DNA of 63,096 bases, filler included, from Chiloscyllium plagiosum (Eukaryota): the NCBI RefSeq assembly GCF_004010195.1. It is 4 parts of one record of this genome, joined end to end, with 100 filler letters (N's around TTAATTAATTAA, not from the genome) between each part and the next. Parts side by side here need not be neighbours in the genome. Positions count along the whole stretch, not along the records: positions 1 to 24,551 come from NC_057713.1; 3 more parts are not named here. One strand, 5' to 3'. The position numbers and the translations under genes are program-made. The notes under the pieces were generated by a model. It had not been told where the DNA came from. It did no database searches and worked only from the letters and a program-made list of their open reading frames with translations. Shown here one piece after another: positions 1 to 12,400 of the stretch. How positions within the stretch are numbered: position 1 is the stretch's first letter; each line of letters starts with the position of its first letter.

Positions 1-85
1 TGCTGTCTCTCTCTCTCCCCCCCCCCCCCCTTCCTCTGCTGTGTCTTGCTGTGTGTGTGTCTCTCTCTCTCTTTTCCCCCCCTTC
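1..85 (+). repeat. CT/GT low-complexity tract doubling as polypyrimidine tract
   Basis: (CT)n, poly-C and (TG)n runs directly upstream of the acceptor at 104. Confidence 0.8.
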
Positions 86-104
86 ACCACGCTGTCTCTC
101 ACAG

Positions 105-267
105 ACCGTTGTGCTGATGAACGATCTGGCCACCGTACTGGATATGACGGGCCATCAGGATCGAGCCTATGAATATGCCACAAGAGCCTCAAACCTGGCG
201 AGAGAGACCAGCCACCCAGACCAATGTGTGATTCTCAGTAACCTGGCCAGAGTGCTCATGCACAGAG
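105..267 (+). CDS. TTC19: Penultimate coding exon of tetratricopeptide repeat protein 19 (mitochondrial complex III assembly factor)
   Basis: Pyrimidine tract + CAG acceptor (102-104) and GTAACG donor at 268. Translation TVVLMNDLATVLDMTGHQDRAYEYATRASNLARETSHPDQCVILSNLARVLMHR resembles the vertebrate TTC19 C-terminal TPRs as I recall them (TIVLMSDLATTLD...VLSNLAAVLMHR). 163 nt, ends in phase 1. Confidence 0.9.
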
Positions 268-879
268 GTAACGGCAGTGCTGAACCACCATGGTATGGGA
301 TGGGGGGGTGGGGCTGATGTTGGGGGGTGGGGGGGGAAATGGGTTCTCGCACTCCATTACCATGAGAAAAGGGGGAAGGGTCGCTTTTTTTTTCTAGTCC
401 CACCACAGTAACAGCACCTACATTGAGCTTTCATTTCCCACAATAATCTTACATGGCACCTGTTGAAATGGAAATCTAAGTAAATCCACCGGTTCCCCTT
501 GGTACATCACATGTGTCACCTTCTCAAAGAACTCTGATCAACAGGGTTTCTCTTTCATAAACCATGGACGCTCTGCCTTGGTCTTGTACAAGTGCCCCAG
601 CCTGTGGTGTGCTTCCTGTTACATGGCTGTCCATTAGTGACTGAAAGCCATCATTCCCTCACTGTAAGCTGTGTGCAGTGCAGGCGTTCTGACACACCAT
701 TTCCAGAAGCTGCGATCGTGTATGAGAGCTCAGAGCTCTGCTCAGCAGTAAGAACATTTCCAGGGATTTTAGATTCTGCCCTTGCAGTCCCTTTACTGGC
801 CTCACTTTCAATCATGCTGTTCTCTCTCTGAACACTGTGTAAGCAAGAGGACCCGAGCCCAACTGTCATACCAGGCACA

Positions 880-1265
880 CAGGAAGTTGGTTGTGTTTGT
901 TGGAGGTCAGTCATCTCAGCTCCAGGTCTCCTCCACATGTTTTCCTCAGGGTAGTGTCCTCAGCCCAATCGCCTTCATTAATAAGGTCAGAAGTGCAGAT
1001 GTTCGCCGATGAGTGTACAGCACAATTCACGACTCAGATACTGAAGCAGTCCGTGTTCAAATGCACCAAGATCTGGAAATTATCCAGGTTTGGGCTCATA
1101 AGTGGCAATTATGACCATCACCAATGAAGACAATTTAACCACTGCCCCTTGACATTCAATGGTGTTACCATCACTAAATCCTCCACTATCACAATCCTTG
1201 ACCAAAAACAGAACTGGACTCACCAAATGAACAGTGGCTATAGTCAGAGGCTGGGAATCCTGCGC
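880..1265 (+). mobile_element. Decayed CR1/L2-clade LINE RT fragment (TTC19 intron)
   Basis: FPQGSVLSP and MFADE motifs. Homologous to the minus-strand copy at 15305-16278. Confidence 0.7.
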
Positions 1266-2121
1266 CGGGTAAGCTTAACTTGCAGAGGATGGTGTTTCCA
1301 GCTACCTACTGCCCTGTTCCATCTGTAATAAACACAGCCTTGGAAAGTACTGCTTGAAGAAATGTTGGCAAGTTTCTGCAGTGCATCTTGTTGATGGTAC
1401 ACACTGCTGACGGTATATAACTAAATGGGCTGTCTTGTCTTCAGTGTTGGAGCTGCTCTCAACCAGGCAAGTGAAGAGCATTTTCTGCATTTCTGTAATG
1501 CCAGTAAACTAGGAAATCACATTATTCAGACTTCCTGTGAAGCAGGTTAAAGAACATTTGACACTGAGACACGCACATACAGGAGATATTAGGACAGGTG
1601 ACTAAAAGAAGCATCTTCCAAGTGGGAGGCTGAGCAAGGGAATTTAAGACCATAAGGTAAGAAACAGAAGGCTGCCTGGTCGCTCAGCTTGTTTCTCTGT
1701 TGTATACAATCAGCGCTGATCATCGACCACTACTTCACTCCCACTGGCTCCAAGTAGCTCTTGATTCCCTGGGATACCAGACTAGTTTGGATTTTGATCT
1801 CCAGTGTTCTCAATGGAGCATCTAGAACCCTCTGAGAAAATTCCCAAAATCTCAGAGCCTCAGGAGCCAGCTGGCTGAAAGTGGTCATGAACAAGACTGT
1901 GGTGGAGGAGCTGGGCCTGTTCTCTTTACTGCAACAAGTTGGAAGGGGCACTGGGTCAAAGGTGGGCAACACTGTGACCGGTTTAGCTACGGCACAGGGA
2001 TCTGGGCAGGAAGAAACTGCCGAAAACCAGAGAATCCAGGTTTAAGGAGTTGGCAAAAGAAGCAGTGAAAGTGAGGAGTTACGTTTCCACACAGCGAGTG
2101 GTTGGGTTGTGGACTGCACTA

Positions 2122-2232
2122 ACAATGACTGCAGATGCTGGAAACCAGATTCTGGATTAGTGGTGCTGGAAGAGCACAGCAGTTCAGGCAGCATCCGAAG
2201 AGCAGTAAAATCGACGTTTTGGGCAAAAGCCC
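2122..2232 (-). mobile_element. Short Penelope-derived terminal fragment (family A) with 14-bp TSD
   Basis: TGTGGACTGCACTA at 2108-2121 and 2233-2246. Body homologous to the tail that follows the GIY-YIG fragment at 8458-8940. Confidence 0.75.
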
Positions 2233-2776
2233 TGTGGACTGCACTACCTGAGTGTGTGGTGTAGGCTGCTTCAATCGGGGCTTTTGATAGGCAATTCAAT
2301 TATTATAACCAGGGCAAGTGTGCAAGGTTTTAGGGAGAAGGGGCAGAAAATTAATCGAGTTATGTTGCTCCATTGGAGAGCCAGTACAGACACGCTAGTT
2401 GAATGGCCTCTTCTTGCACTGTAACCATTCACCGATAGTACAGGGTGACACTGATGGAACGTTTTGGGAAAGAGATGGTGGGTCAAGTCTGAGGGGTTGG
2501 TGGGGAAGGTGTGAAGAAAAGGTTTCAATACAGTGAGCGGTAATGCCAAGAAACAAGCTGCGTGTGAGTGGGCTGGAAGCAGCAAGGAAGAAGGATTTCA
2601 AAAAGCAATGACCGTGTGGGATTTTAGGGATAGGCTGAGGGTGTGAGGCTTGCTGAAATGCTGCATTGGGAGCCATTATAGACTTGATGTGCCAAATAAT
2701 TTCCTCCTGTGCTTTAGGAAACTGCAAGTGTCTTTTTCAACATTGAACCTCTGATTTCCTTCTGCTTTACCAACAG

Positions 2777-2931
2777 GGGACTATCATGAAGCCAGATGTG
2801 TTTATGAAGAGGCATTGACACTAGCAGAGTCAAGTGCTGACAAACCAATCATTCAACATATTCGCAATGGAATGGAGGAACTGCAGGCTAAGGCTCAGCA
2901 ATCCCAGGAGGTCAGGGAAAGTACTCATTAA
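2777..2931 (+). CDS. TTC19: Terminal coding exon of TTC19
   Basis: Acceptor ttccttctgctttaccaacAG at 2775-2776. Phase-1 junction joins exon 105-267 in frame (G|GG). Translation GDYHEARCVYEEALTLAESSADKPIIQHIRNGMEELQAKAQQSQEVRESTH, stop TAA 2929-2931. Resembles the TTC19 end (Y..A..IY.EAL..A....D...VQHIR..L.EL). Confidence 0.88.
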
Positions 2932-3019
2932 ATGGGAGAACTTAAGACTAGTTTTTTCCTTGATGGTGCAACAATTCTCTGGAGGGTTTTTCCACAATGT
3001 TTGGATGTAATTAATGCTT

Positions 3020-3310
3020 TAACCAATGACTCAGCGAGGAACCTTCTCATCTCAGAGTCAGAGCGTCACAGGTTCAAGCCCCAGTCCAGACACTGGAGCA
3101 AAACTCCAATCCACTGTCGAGGGAGCGCTGCAGTGTGGAAGGGTCAGTACACTGGGAGTGTCTCAGTGCCGGAGGGTCAGTGCTGAGAGGGTGCGCTCTG
3201 TTGGATTGTCAGTGTTGAGGGAGTGCCGCACTGTCAGAGGGTCAGTGCTGAAGGAGTGTCGAGTCGTCTTCTTTGGGTGAAACCTTTAAACTGAGTCCCA
3301 GATTTAGCTG
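3020..3310 (+). mobile_element. Deu-domain-type SINE in the TTC19 3' UTR with internal tandem expansion
   Basis: tRNA-like B box (GGTTCAAGCCC), then several degenerate copies of a unit like gtgctgagggagtgccgcactgtcagagggtca. Confidence 0.55.
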
Positions 3311-3405
3311 TCAGTGCCTCTGTTTGTAACAGCAGGAGTTAACATTCATTTTAAGGGAAGTACATTCTGGGGCAGAGCCCTGTGTGATTTTAGTGCAGTT
3401 ATTTT

Positions 3406-3411
3406 AATAAA
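3406..3411 (+). promoter_or_regulatory. Candidate polyadenylation signal of TTC19
   Basis: First AATAAA after the stop codon, followed by a TG-containing tract (tctgtggtg). Confidence 0.5.
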
Positions 3412-5157
3412 ATAATCAAAACCAATACCATATCTGTGGTGCAGCCTGGGGAAGGGCAAGTGTGGTTGATGGAGCAGTGCTGTGAAAGCTCGTGTTTCCA
3501 AATAAACCTGTTGGACTATAACTTGGCATTGTGTGATTTTTAACTTTGGCCACCCCTGTCCAACAAACAAACACCAGTTCAACTGGTTGGTGGGTGGGCC
3601 AGGATGGAGAGAGGTACAGCACACAAGGGAGTCTGGATAATACCCGCTCGCTCTGTCTGCAGGTGAGTGGTGAGTGTGGCTCCTTTTTTCAGCAGATAAA
3701 TCCAATTAGATATTGTTAGGGCCTTTCATCCTGAAATATTTTCAGGCCTCTGGTCCTTGAAGGATTCAGTTCATAGTACCTGACCTGAGTGGGAGGGCGT
3801 TGCATTCTTTGGCAGGCTGGTTTTGCCCATTCCTAATTCCCTCCCTGTGAACAGCTGCACCTTGTCCAGGTAAACCAGCTGTGCTTCAGGAGCTTCCTGG
3901 TATCCTCCGCCAGTGTGGGAATTGAACCCACGCTGCTGGCATCTCTCTGGCTGAGCCCAGAAACAGAATTCAGTGGAGGAGGTGACAGCAATTCACCGGT
4001 TTTTAGAGATCTTCCAAAGGTATTGTCTCAGCAGCATATTTACCATGGATGGAGAGTTTGTGGGGGGTGGATGATGGTGGGGTACTGTGGGTTTTAGAAT
4101 CACGGTGATCCAGTCACACGACCAATAATCTATTGATCAAGTTCAACTCACACGGGGAGCAGTTTGAATTAGAATTTAGTTTTAAAAAACCCAGGAGCTA
4201 TGATTCTATGACTGTATGGCTGTCAGGTTGTTGAGTGAGCCAAGGATTTTAATGTCCTGGGGGGGGGGGGTCAAGAACCTCCCCTGACCTTACCTGGCAG
4301 GAACTCTCTGGTACTTCAGATGCAGGTGGCAGTACACAATGCAGCTGGCAAACAGAGAGCATCGACTCAGTGATCACGAGGACTCTGTACCCACCCCTTC
4401 CCTCTTACCACTCGTCCCAGGCTCAGGAGAGAATGGATGCAGTGAGCGTTGCTGTCCAACGACATTTGGGTCACATGTGAATCTCTGGACTCAACTCATC
4501 AAAGATCAGGAACCAGAAACTGTAGATGATCTCCCCTATGAAGCCGCGGTTTATTTACTGGGAGGGTCATGGAGCAGCTTCTGAGGAGTCCATGCCTGAC
4601 ATTCAATCCCATCTCCTTTACAGACTATAATCTTCAGTGTGGACTGTTCTCCATGAACAATACCTTGTGAATGTATCACACTAAGACTCGGGCCAGGATT
4701 TTCAATGGAGCGTCTCTCTATCATGGTGGGTGTGGCTAAAAGCCAGGGGTCATTCTGCTAAGGACAGTGCCTCCTATTTCTTCTTTCTTTATTGATTCAT
4801 GGGCTGAGGCTGCCACTGGCTAGGGCAGCATTTATGGCCTGTACCTGATTGCTCAGAGGGCAGTTATGAGTCAACCACCTTGCTGTGGGTCTGGAGTCAC
4901 ATGTATTCCAGCCCAGGTAAGGATGGCAGTTTCCTTCCCTAAAGGACATTTGTGACCCAGATGGAGTTTTTCCTGACGACTGATAATGGATTCATGAGCA
5001 CCAATAGACTCTTAATTCCAGATTTTTTTGGATTGAATTCAAATTCCCCATCTGCTGTGGTGGGATTCAAACCTGGGTCCCCAGAACATTATCTGGGTCC
5101 CCTGATTAACAAGTGTCTGTCTGTCTGTCTAGATAGCCTGGGACATCTATCGAAGAG

Positions 5158-5306
5158 TTGAGAGTGTAGTGCTGGAAAAGCACAGCAGGTCAGGCAGCAT
5201 CTGAGAAGCAGGAGAATCAATGTAAGGGCTTATGCCCAAAACATATAATCTCCGGCACCACACTCTCGACTCTGAGCTCCAGCATCTCCAGTCGTCACTT
5301 TCTCCT
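5158..5306. mobile_element. Inverted-arm Penelope-derived mini-element (family A)
   Basis: Left arm in reverse, right arm forward, junction at the GGGCTTATGCCC hairpin. Degenerate TSD ACATCTATCGAAGAG (5143-5157) / ACACCTATGGAAGAG (5307-5321). Confidence 0.65.
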
Positions 5307-5751
5307 ACACCTATGGAAGAGGTTGGTTTGCCTTTGGATGGGGGTATGATTCTTTCAGTACTGTGCCAGTGTGCAGGGTGATTGCTGCCCTCAGCAGCCT
5401 CCCCTCTTACCCCAGGGAACCCTGCCAGCCCACAATGAGAATCACAACTCCCAGGTCACTTCATCCTCAGCTGGATTTGTGGAGCTGGGATAAATCCCAA
5501 CTGTGAGCAGCTGTAGAGAGAGAGATTCCTGACATTAATCTTGGTATTTACTGGTTTGTATTTTTACACTCCAATGTTTATAGTGCAGGAGGAATCAGTG
5601 CAAAGTATGCAGGTTGTGTTTATAAAGGAGTGGCATCAATCTGACATAAAGCTTAAGAAATGTGAGGTGACTAATAAAGAGGAAACCTTAAAGGAGCTCA
5701 TTCTTATTTATTTCATGGGATGGGAGTGAATCCAGGGCAATGCTTATTCAT

Positions 5752-6314
5752 AGAGTCCCTACAGTGTGGAAGCAGGTCATCTGGCCCGTCAAGTCCACAC
5801 TGACCCTCCCACCATGGCTAATCAATCTAACCTGTACATCCTTTGGACTATGGGAGGAAACCCACACTGACATGGGGGGAATGTCCAAGCTTCACACAGT
5901 TGCACGAGGGTGGAATGGAACTTGGGTTCCTGGTATTCTGAAGTAGCAGTACTAACCACTGAGCCCCCATACCATCCATTGGTCAACTCTTGTTTCGAAG
6001 GAGAAAGCAGTGAAGTGAAATGATTAGATTCCTGACAGTGTGGAAATAGGCCCTTCAGCCCAACCAGTCCACACTGACCCTCCAAAGAGTAACCCACCCA
6101 GACGCATTTCCCACTGACTGATGCACCTAACACTATCGGCAATTTAGCATGGCCAATTTACTGTGGGAAGAAACCGGAGCACCCAGAGGAAGCCCACACA
6201 GACACAGGGAGAATGTGCAAACTCCACACAGACAGTCACCTGAGGCTGGAATCGAACCTGGGACCCTGTTGCTGTGAGGCAGCAGTGCTCACCACTGAGC
6301 CCCCGTACCACCCC
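5752..6314 (-). mobile_element. Two adjacent HE1-type tRNA-derived SINEs (about 5752-5977 and 6022-6314)
   Basis: Minus strand has the A/B-box head (GGCTCAGTGGT.AG.ACTGCT...GGTTC) and a CR1/HER1-like tail (CCACACTG..AGG). Confidence 0.85.
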
Positions 6315-6472
6315 AGAGAGTCTAGAAAGTCTAGACAGAAAATTCCTGAGGTGACAGCAGACAGGCAGTTAAAGATATAGCTGCCAGTGTTGGAGTGAAG
6401 AAACGAGAATGGCAAGTTCAAAGGAATGTAGGGATCACAGAGGCTTATCGAACTGGAGGAGGTGCTGGGGAT

Positions 6473-6735
6473 AGAGATGCTATGGAAAGATTTGATTCAG
6501 GAATGAGCGTTTTAAAATTGAGTCATTGCTGAACTGGGCTCTAAACATCGAGTGTGATAGGTGAACAGGAATTGGTGAGAGTTGCTGGATCAGCAGCAGA
6601 GATGCTATGGAAAGATTTGATTCAGGAATGAGCGTTTTAAAATTGAGTCATTGCTGAACTGGGCTCTAACATCAGTAAACATTGAGTGTGATAGGTGAAC
6701 AGGAATTGGTGAGAGTTGCTGGATCAGCAGCAGAG
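6473..6735. repeat. Near-perfect tandem duplication, unit about 125-135 bp
   Basis: AGAGATGCTATGGAAAGATTTGATTCAGG starts at 6473 and again at 6598. The second copy has an extra ~10 nt. Confidence 0.9.
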
Positions 6736-6894
6736 TTTTGGATGAGCTCAAACTTTATCAGGGGAGTCTAATGAAGGCCAAATAGCAACAGGTTGGTGCA
6801 GTCGAGTCTGGAGGTAAGATGAGGGTTTCAGTACCTGATGAGATGGAATGGTATCAAATGCTTTTATGGTGGTGGAAATGATTTACTAAATATA

Positions 6895-7250
6895 GTCACA
6901 TAGAAAATAGGAGTAGGCTATTCGGCCCTTTGAATCTGCTGCACCATTCATGATGATGGCGACTGATCATCCAACTCAGTTCCCTGTTCCTACTTTCTCC
7001 TCATATCCTTTGATACCTTTAACCATAAGAATTATATCTAAATCCTCCTTGAAAACATTCAATGTTTTGGCCTCAATTACTACCTGTGGCAGAACGTTCC
7101 ACAGGCTCCGCACTCTCTGGGTGAAGACATTTCTCCCCACCTCCATCCTATCCCGTATCCTTAGACTGTAACCTATGGTTCTGGACTCCCTGGTCATCAG
7201 GAACATCCTGTGTTAGAATGTTTTGGTCTCTATGAGATACCCCCATCATC
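6895..7250 (-). mobile_element. CR1-clade LINE 3' end
   Basis: ORF2 C-terminus FTQRVRSLWNVLPQVVIEAKTLNVFK plus 3' UTR. Confidence 0.8.
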
Positions 7251-8457
7251 CTATGGTCTCACCAAGATCCTTACAGTTGCAGCAAGCTATCCCTTGGGCC
7301 AAAGGGCTTTTCACTGTGCTGTCAATCACTCTGACTCGATCCCTCCTCCTGTAATGGAATCCTCTTGCTATACTATTTACTAGCTGCACTCTCATGGTGA
7401 CTTGTAATGGGTGTACAAGGACACCCAGGTCTCATTGCACCTCTCCCTTTCCCAATCTATTACTATTCAGAGAACAACCTGCCTATCTGATTTAACAGGA
7501 ACTTTCCAAAAGGTGTTGGATCAATGCATGAAAAGGATAAAATTGCAGGGTTATTGTAAGGACATTTCATGATTAATTAAATTAATGATCATTGATTAAT
7601 ATGTTGATCTGTTTAACAGTAACCAATGTCGATTTTAGCGCTTTAATATCATGTCAGTCTGCTAAGCCTCTCTTAAACCGAAACACACTGTGGGATTGTG
7701 ACAGAATAAAAGCAGTAGTATACCAGGCGTCTCGGTTTGGCTCAGTTCTGTTTCAGGCATTGCCATTGGCAAATTGAGGCTCAACCAAATCCCAGCACAT
7801 GGTTCCTTGGCCCCAAACCCCCAGAGCTTATTTCCCAGAGACAAGGACATCACCCACTGCTCCTTCCCAGCCACTGCTCTGCAGCTCCTGCTCAAGTTGG
7901 ATAGCTCTCGTAAAGAGGCAGATTGGCCATACTGACTCCAGCTGTGCTGCCTGGTCCCTGTGGGAGGGAGGGAGGGAGGGACATCACACCCTCCAGCTGC
8001 TCGGTTTCCAGATGCCTACCTCCATGAAATTCTCTGGGTGACTTTATAATAACTTGTACAAACATCAGAAGGGTGCTATATAAATGCAACACTTCCCGAT
8101 GTTGCACACACAACAAACTTTGTTGTTTATTCAAACGATAGGAGAAGGATGCATCTAAGTACATCTTAATATCAAAATCTGTCAGCTTTCTTCCCTCAGT
8201 TGGAACTGCATAGGAAGGTTGTGACACTCAGGGCCTGTACATCTCTGAGGCTGATTCCTGTCACCTTCATACAAAGTTATCATTCCTCAGTTTCCAAGTA
8301 TTGGAAATTCATCGATCCTACTCAGCTTTTCTCACCCACATTGAAGGCACCAATACTCATCATGGACACGAGTCTTGCCTTTAGTGGAATACATTGTCAG
8401 AACAAGCTGTTTTTAGCTTCCAACACAATTGCAGAAATCTTGGCATATTTACCCAGG

Positions 8458-8940
8458 GCTGAAAATGTGTTGCTGGAAAAGCGCAGCAGGTCAGGCAGCA
8501 TCCAGGGAACAGGAGAATCGACGTTTTGGGCATAAGCCCTTCTTCAGGAATGAGGAAAGTTTGTCCAGCAGGCTAAGATAAAAGGTAGGGAGGAGGGACT
8601 TGGGGGAGAGGCGTTGGAAATGCGATAGGTGGAAGGAGGTCAAGGTGAGGGTAATAGGCTGGAGTGGGGTGGGGGCGGAGAGGTCAGGAAGAAGATTGCA
8701 GATTAGTAAGGCGGTGCTGAGTTCGATGGATTTGACTGAGACAAGGTGGGGGAGGGGAAATGAGGAAACTGGTGAAATCCGAGTTCATCCCTTGTGGTTG
8801 GAGGGTTCCTAGGCGGAAGATGAGGCGCTCTTCCTCCAGCCGTTGTGTTGTTGTGGTCTGGCGATGGAGGAGTCCAAAGACCTGCATATCCTTGGTGGAG
8901 TGGGAGGGGGAGTTGAAGTGTTGAGCCACAGGGTGGCTCA
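8458..8940 (-). mobile_element. 5'-truncated Penelope-like element (family A): GIY-YIG C-terminus plus terminal repeat with hammerhead-like motif
   Basis: HPVAQHFNSPSHS...RLEEERLIFRLGTLQPQGMN is a typical PLE endonuclease end. Minus strand at 8514-8552 reads CTGAAGA-A-GGGCTTATGCCC-AAAACGTC. Confidence 0.8.
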
Positions 8941-10238
8941 CCCCGTTTTGTTGTCAGCTTTCAGTTCATTAATGAACGAGGTTAGCAGGTCAGACCGGCT
9001 AGTCACTCACTTGGTCACAATGTGAATATCACTGAAAAGAAACTGATGCTTTGCACTCATGAGGACAAATGTAAGAATGCAAAATGTCAAGCCATTGCAG
9101 CAATTTACACAACAGCAAAAACAGAAATTACTGGAAAAGCTCAGGTCGGACAGGTGTGGAGAGAAAGTAGAGTTAATGTTTCTGGGCCAGTGACCCTTCT
9201 TCAGAATGATTCACAACCATTTACACAACAGGAGAACAGGGTAATGATTGACTAGCAGGTCAATTAGCAGAAACACCATAGGGAGTAACAGTGTTACTGA
9301 ACTTGAACCAGACCTCTTAATATTAATTTTAAAGATTCATTATGCAAACATTGTATTTGCAAATGGCTATTTTCAGTTTTGTTCCAACTTGCATACGGAT
9401 GACTTTGCAAACTTACTCAAGCACAGGACTGTGTCTGTAAGCCAGGAGTTGCAGATATCTCAACCTGATTATTAGTGAAGCCATAGCATACCCAGGATTG
9501 TTGGGCAAGTTCTGCCGAATCATTAAATCACAGCTAAAGAACACCGAAGAATGGTTCACTGTCAGTAACTGGGGGTTTATCTGGAGTGTGTGGGTCTGGT
9601 TGACTTTGCAGTCACACTGTTAATGTGTCAGCAGTTCCACTGTGGCAACATGACGCAACAGCTGAGGAGAGGCAGTGACATATGGTAATGTGCTAGTCGT
9701 CCTGAACCCCAGATTAATGTTCTGGGGACTGGTTTGGATCCTTCTGAGGTACCTGGTGAAATTTGAAATCGATAAACTCAGGAATTAAAAGTTGGCCTCA
9801 TGATGCCTTTCAGAAAAGGAATCGGCCTTACTTTTGCCCTTTAGAGAAGGAAATCTGCTATCCTTACCCAGTCTGGTCTACATGTGACTCCAGGCACAAG
9901 GCAACATTGTTGAGTCATAGTTCCCCTCTGGAATGCCCCAGCGTGTCACTTAGTTCAAGGACATGTAGACATGGATGACAAACTTTGGCCTTGACAGCCA
10001 TGTCCACGGCCCACGTAGGAAGAAAAATTAACAATAATTAGAATCTTACAACAGTGAAAAAGGCCATTCAGCCATTAAAGGATAAAGCCACCGTAGTCTT
10101 ACCCAATCATTGGGCAGCTCTCTCATTAGAGATAGAGAGATGACGGGTGGTGGTTTCACCTGCCTCAGGCGAGCAGAGAGGTTGAGAAGGAGAGTCCTTC
10201 ATGGTCACCTCAGCTGGTGCGGGAATTGAACCCATGCT

Positions 10239-10583
10239 CTTCGATGAAGGCGTCGATCTTCGCGTCAAGTTTGGAAATTACTTCCACGAAGCTCGCCACC
10301 ATAGGTAAGTCCCCCGGGGCAGCTGCGGACGCCTCTGTTGCAGCTGGGGAGGGTGGGTGAGGGGTTCCTGCCTGCTGAGAACTGCGGGCTCCTTTCCCTT
10401 TAGTCATTTTTGCAGGAGACTAGACTGTTTAAATTTAGTACCGAGCAACTAATTACATTAAGTAAAAACTATTTTAAATGATTTGGTGAGTGTGGTGGAG
10501 GCGAGAGACCCACTTTGCCCAAGTCTTGGGAGGAGCACTATAGACTCAGTCTTGCTGGGTCGCCGCCATCTTGGATCTCTGGC
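10239..10583 (-). mobile_element. L1-like LINE 5' end (5' UTR + ORF1 N-terminus) flanked by 13-bp TSD, inserted in a SINE head
   Basis: TTGAACCCATGCT at 10226-10238 and 10584-10596. Minus strand begins ...GATCCAAGATGGCGGCG (YY1-type motif typical of L1 5' ends). ORF MTKGKGARSSQQ...VISKLDAKIDAFIE looks like an ORF1p basic N-terminus and start of coiled coil. Confidence 0.65.
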
Positions 10584-11409
10584 TTGAACCCATGCTGTTG
10601 GCATCATTCCACAGCACAAACCAGCTGTTCAACAATGGACCGCCATTATGTCAATGCTGACCCTTTGAAAATGTTGTCTGGTAATTCCCAATCCCTCGCT
10701 CCTTCCCCAAGCCCAAATCAATCTTTGAATATCTTTGTAATTCTGTTGGGGTTAGGGAAGGGTAGTTCCCTGTTTGGCATTTGTGATACACTCTCTGAGC
10801 TGCAAAACTCTGTTTCCTTTACCCAACCTCCTTCAGTCACAAAGCAGAAATCCCAGCAATCTTTTCCCAGCATTGCACAGCAATGTGGTATTTGTACAAT
10901 GTACAGATCGGATCGCTGGGTTTGAGGGGGGTTGTAGGGGGCAGTGAGGTAATGGGTAGCTGCAAGTCTTTTTCTGTGTTGATGGGTTCAAATGGAGTCG
11001 AGATCAATGATGAGTCTGCTCTGTTTGCATCATTTCAGTCTCTCAGCTGATTGCAGGTTCCTGTTATCAACTTCCCCCTTCCCAGAAAATAATCACAAAG
11101 CACAAAGTTCATCTACCATTGAGATAACTTGGTTTAACATTTCCAGAGTAGATTCCACATCGGCATTCGGAGATTTCTGTTCGTATTTCAGATTGAAGAC
11201 CCACACTTATTTGTAAAATATATGAAGTTGCCTTTCAATTTCAAAGACAGGTGGTAGTAATGAGCAACTTGGATGGATGGGAACAGACACAAAGGTTGAC
11301 CATAACTGGATTTAAACTGATCGGATCTGCGCCTGGATCTGCCAGTTTACCATTTGAGGAGGCAAAAAGAAATGATATTCCAAGTTGTTAAATTAAACCA
11401 AGTTGTCAG

Positions 11410-11605
11410 GTACAGAACTCTGGATGCTAGAGATCTGAAACAAAAGCAGAAATGGTTGGAGAAACTCAGCAGGTCTGGCAGCATCAGCAGAGAGAAAAAC
11501 AGAGTTAACATTTTGAAACCTTCTTCAGAATTTTGTCACAAATTCCGTTTCTCTCTCTGCAGATACTGTCAGACCTGCTGAGTTTTTCCAGCACACTCTG
11601 TTTTT
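11410..11605. mobile_element. Inverted-arm mini-element (Penelope-derived family D); similar copy at about 16300-16530
   Basis: GGAGAAACTCAGCAGGTCTGGCAGCATC is mirrored by CAGACCTGCTGAGTTTTTCC. The centre holds CTTCTTCAG (reverse complement of CTGAAGAAG). Confidence 0.6.
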
Positions 11606-11869
11606 GTGGTTGCATTAATTTTTTTCATTCTGGGCATTGATGTGTGGGGATTGCTTGGCATCATTGCCTATTCCTGGTAACCAGCTTTCATCTGGCTGAG
11701 TTTCATTGATGGGTCATTTCGGAGGGAAGTTAAGAGTTAATTTTGCAGTAAAAGTGCAGTCACAGGTCAGCAGACATCTGGTTTCCTTCCCTAAAACACA
11801 TTGATGAAACGTTATGAAATTTCAACATTTGTTCATGGGATTACTGGAACAGTTGGCACAACTTTTAGT

Positions 11870-12400
11870 TACTTGCTACAGCAAATAATTAGGAAGGCAG
11901 ATTGCATGTTGGTCTTTATTGCAATGGAGCTGCAGGAATAAGGCAAGAATAAGGAAGTTTTGATACAACTGTACAGGGCTTTTGTGAGATCGCTCCTGAA
12001 CGGTGTGCAGTTTTGGTCCCCACATTTAGTGAGGGCTGTACTGACACCGAAGGTGAAGGGTCCTGGGATCAGATGATGAGTAAACTGGGACCACATTCTG
12101 TGGAGTTTGGCAAAATGAGAGGTGACATCACTAAGACAGGCAAGATTCTGAAGGGACTTGATGGGGTCAGTGTTGAGATAGTCTCCACTGGTCGAGAAAT
12201 CTGTATCATGGAGTAGGGTCACAGTCTCAGAGTAAGGGGACAATGTCTTCACTCAGAGAGTAGTGCATTCTCAGAGAGTTGGGGGTGCTCCATTATTGAA
12301 TATATTTAAGGCTGGTCCAGACAGATTCCTGGTCTCTAGCGATTAGAGGGATAAGGGAGTGGGCAGGAGAATGGAGTTGAATACTAAATTGCAGAACAGG
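11870..12400 (+). mobile_element. Decayed CR1-clade LINE 3' part
   Basis: Degenerate LIQLYRAFVR...VQFWSP and RGDI motifs, followed by 3' UTR. Confidence 0.7.

Noticed and set aside
51..317. 88-aa ORF as a standalone gene
   Set aside because: Only 105-267 is exonic (TTC19); the flanks are the polypyrimidine tract and intron.
6235..6314. tRNA genes suggested by A/B boxes here and at other HE1 heads
   Set aside because: They continue into SINE body and LINE-derived tail, so they are tRNA-derived SINE heads.
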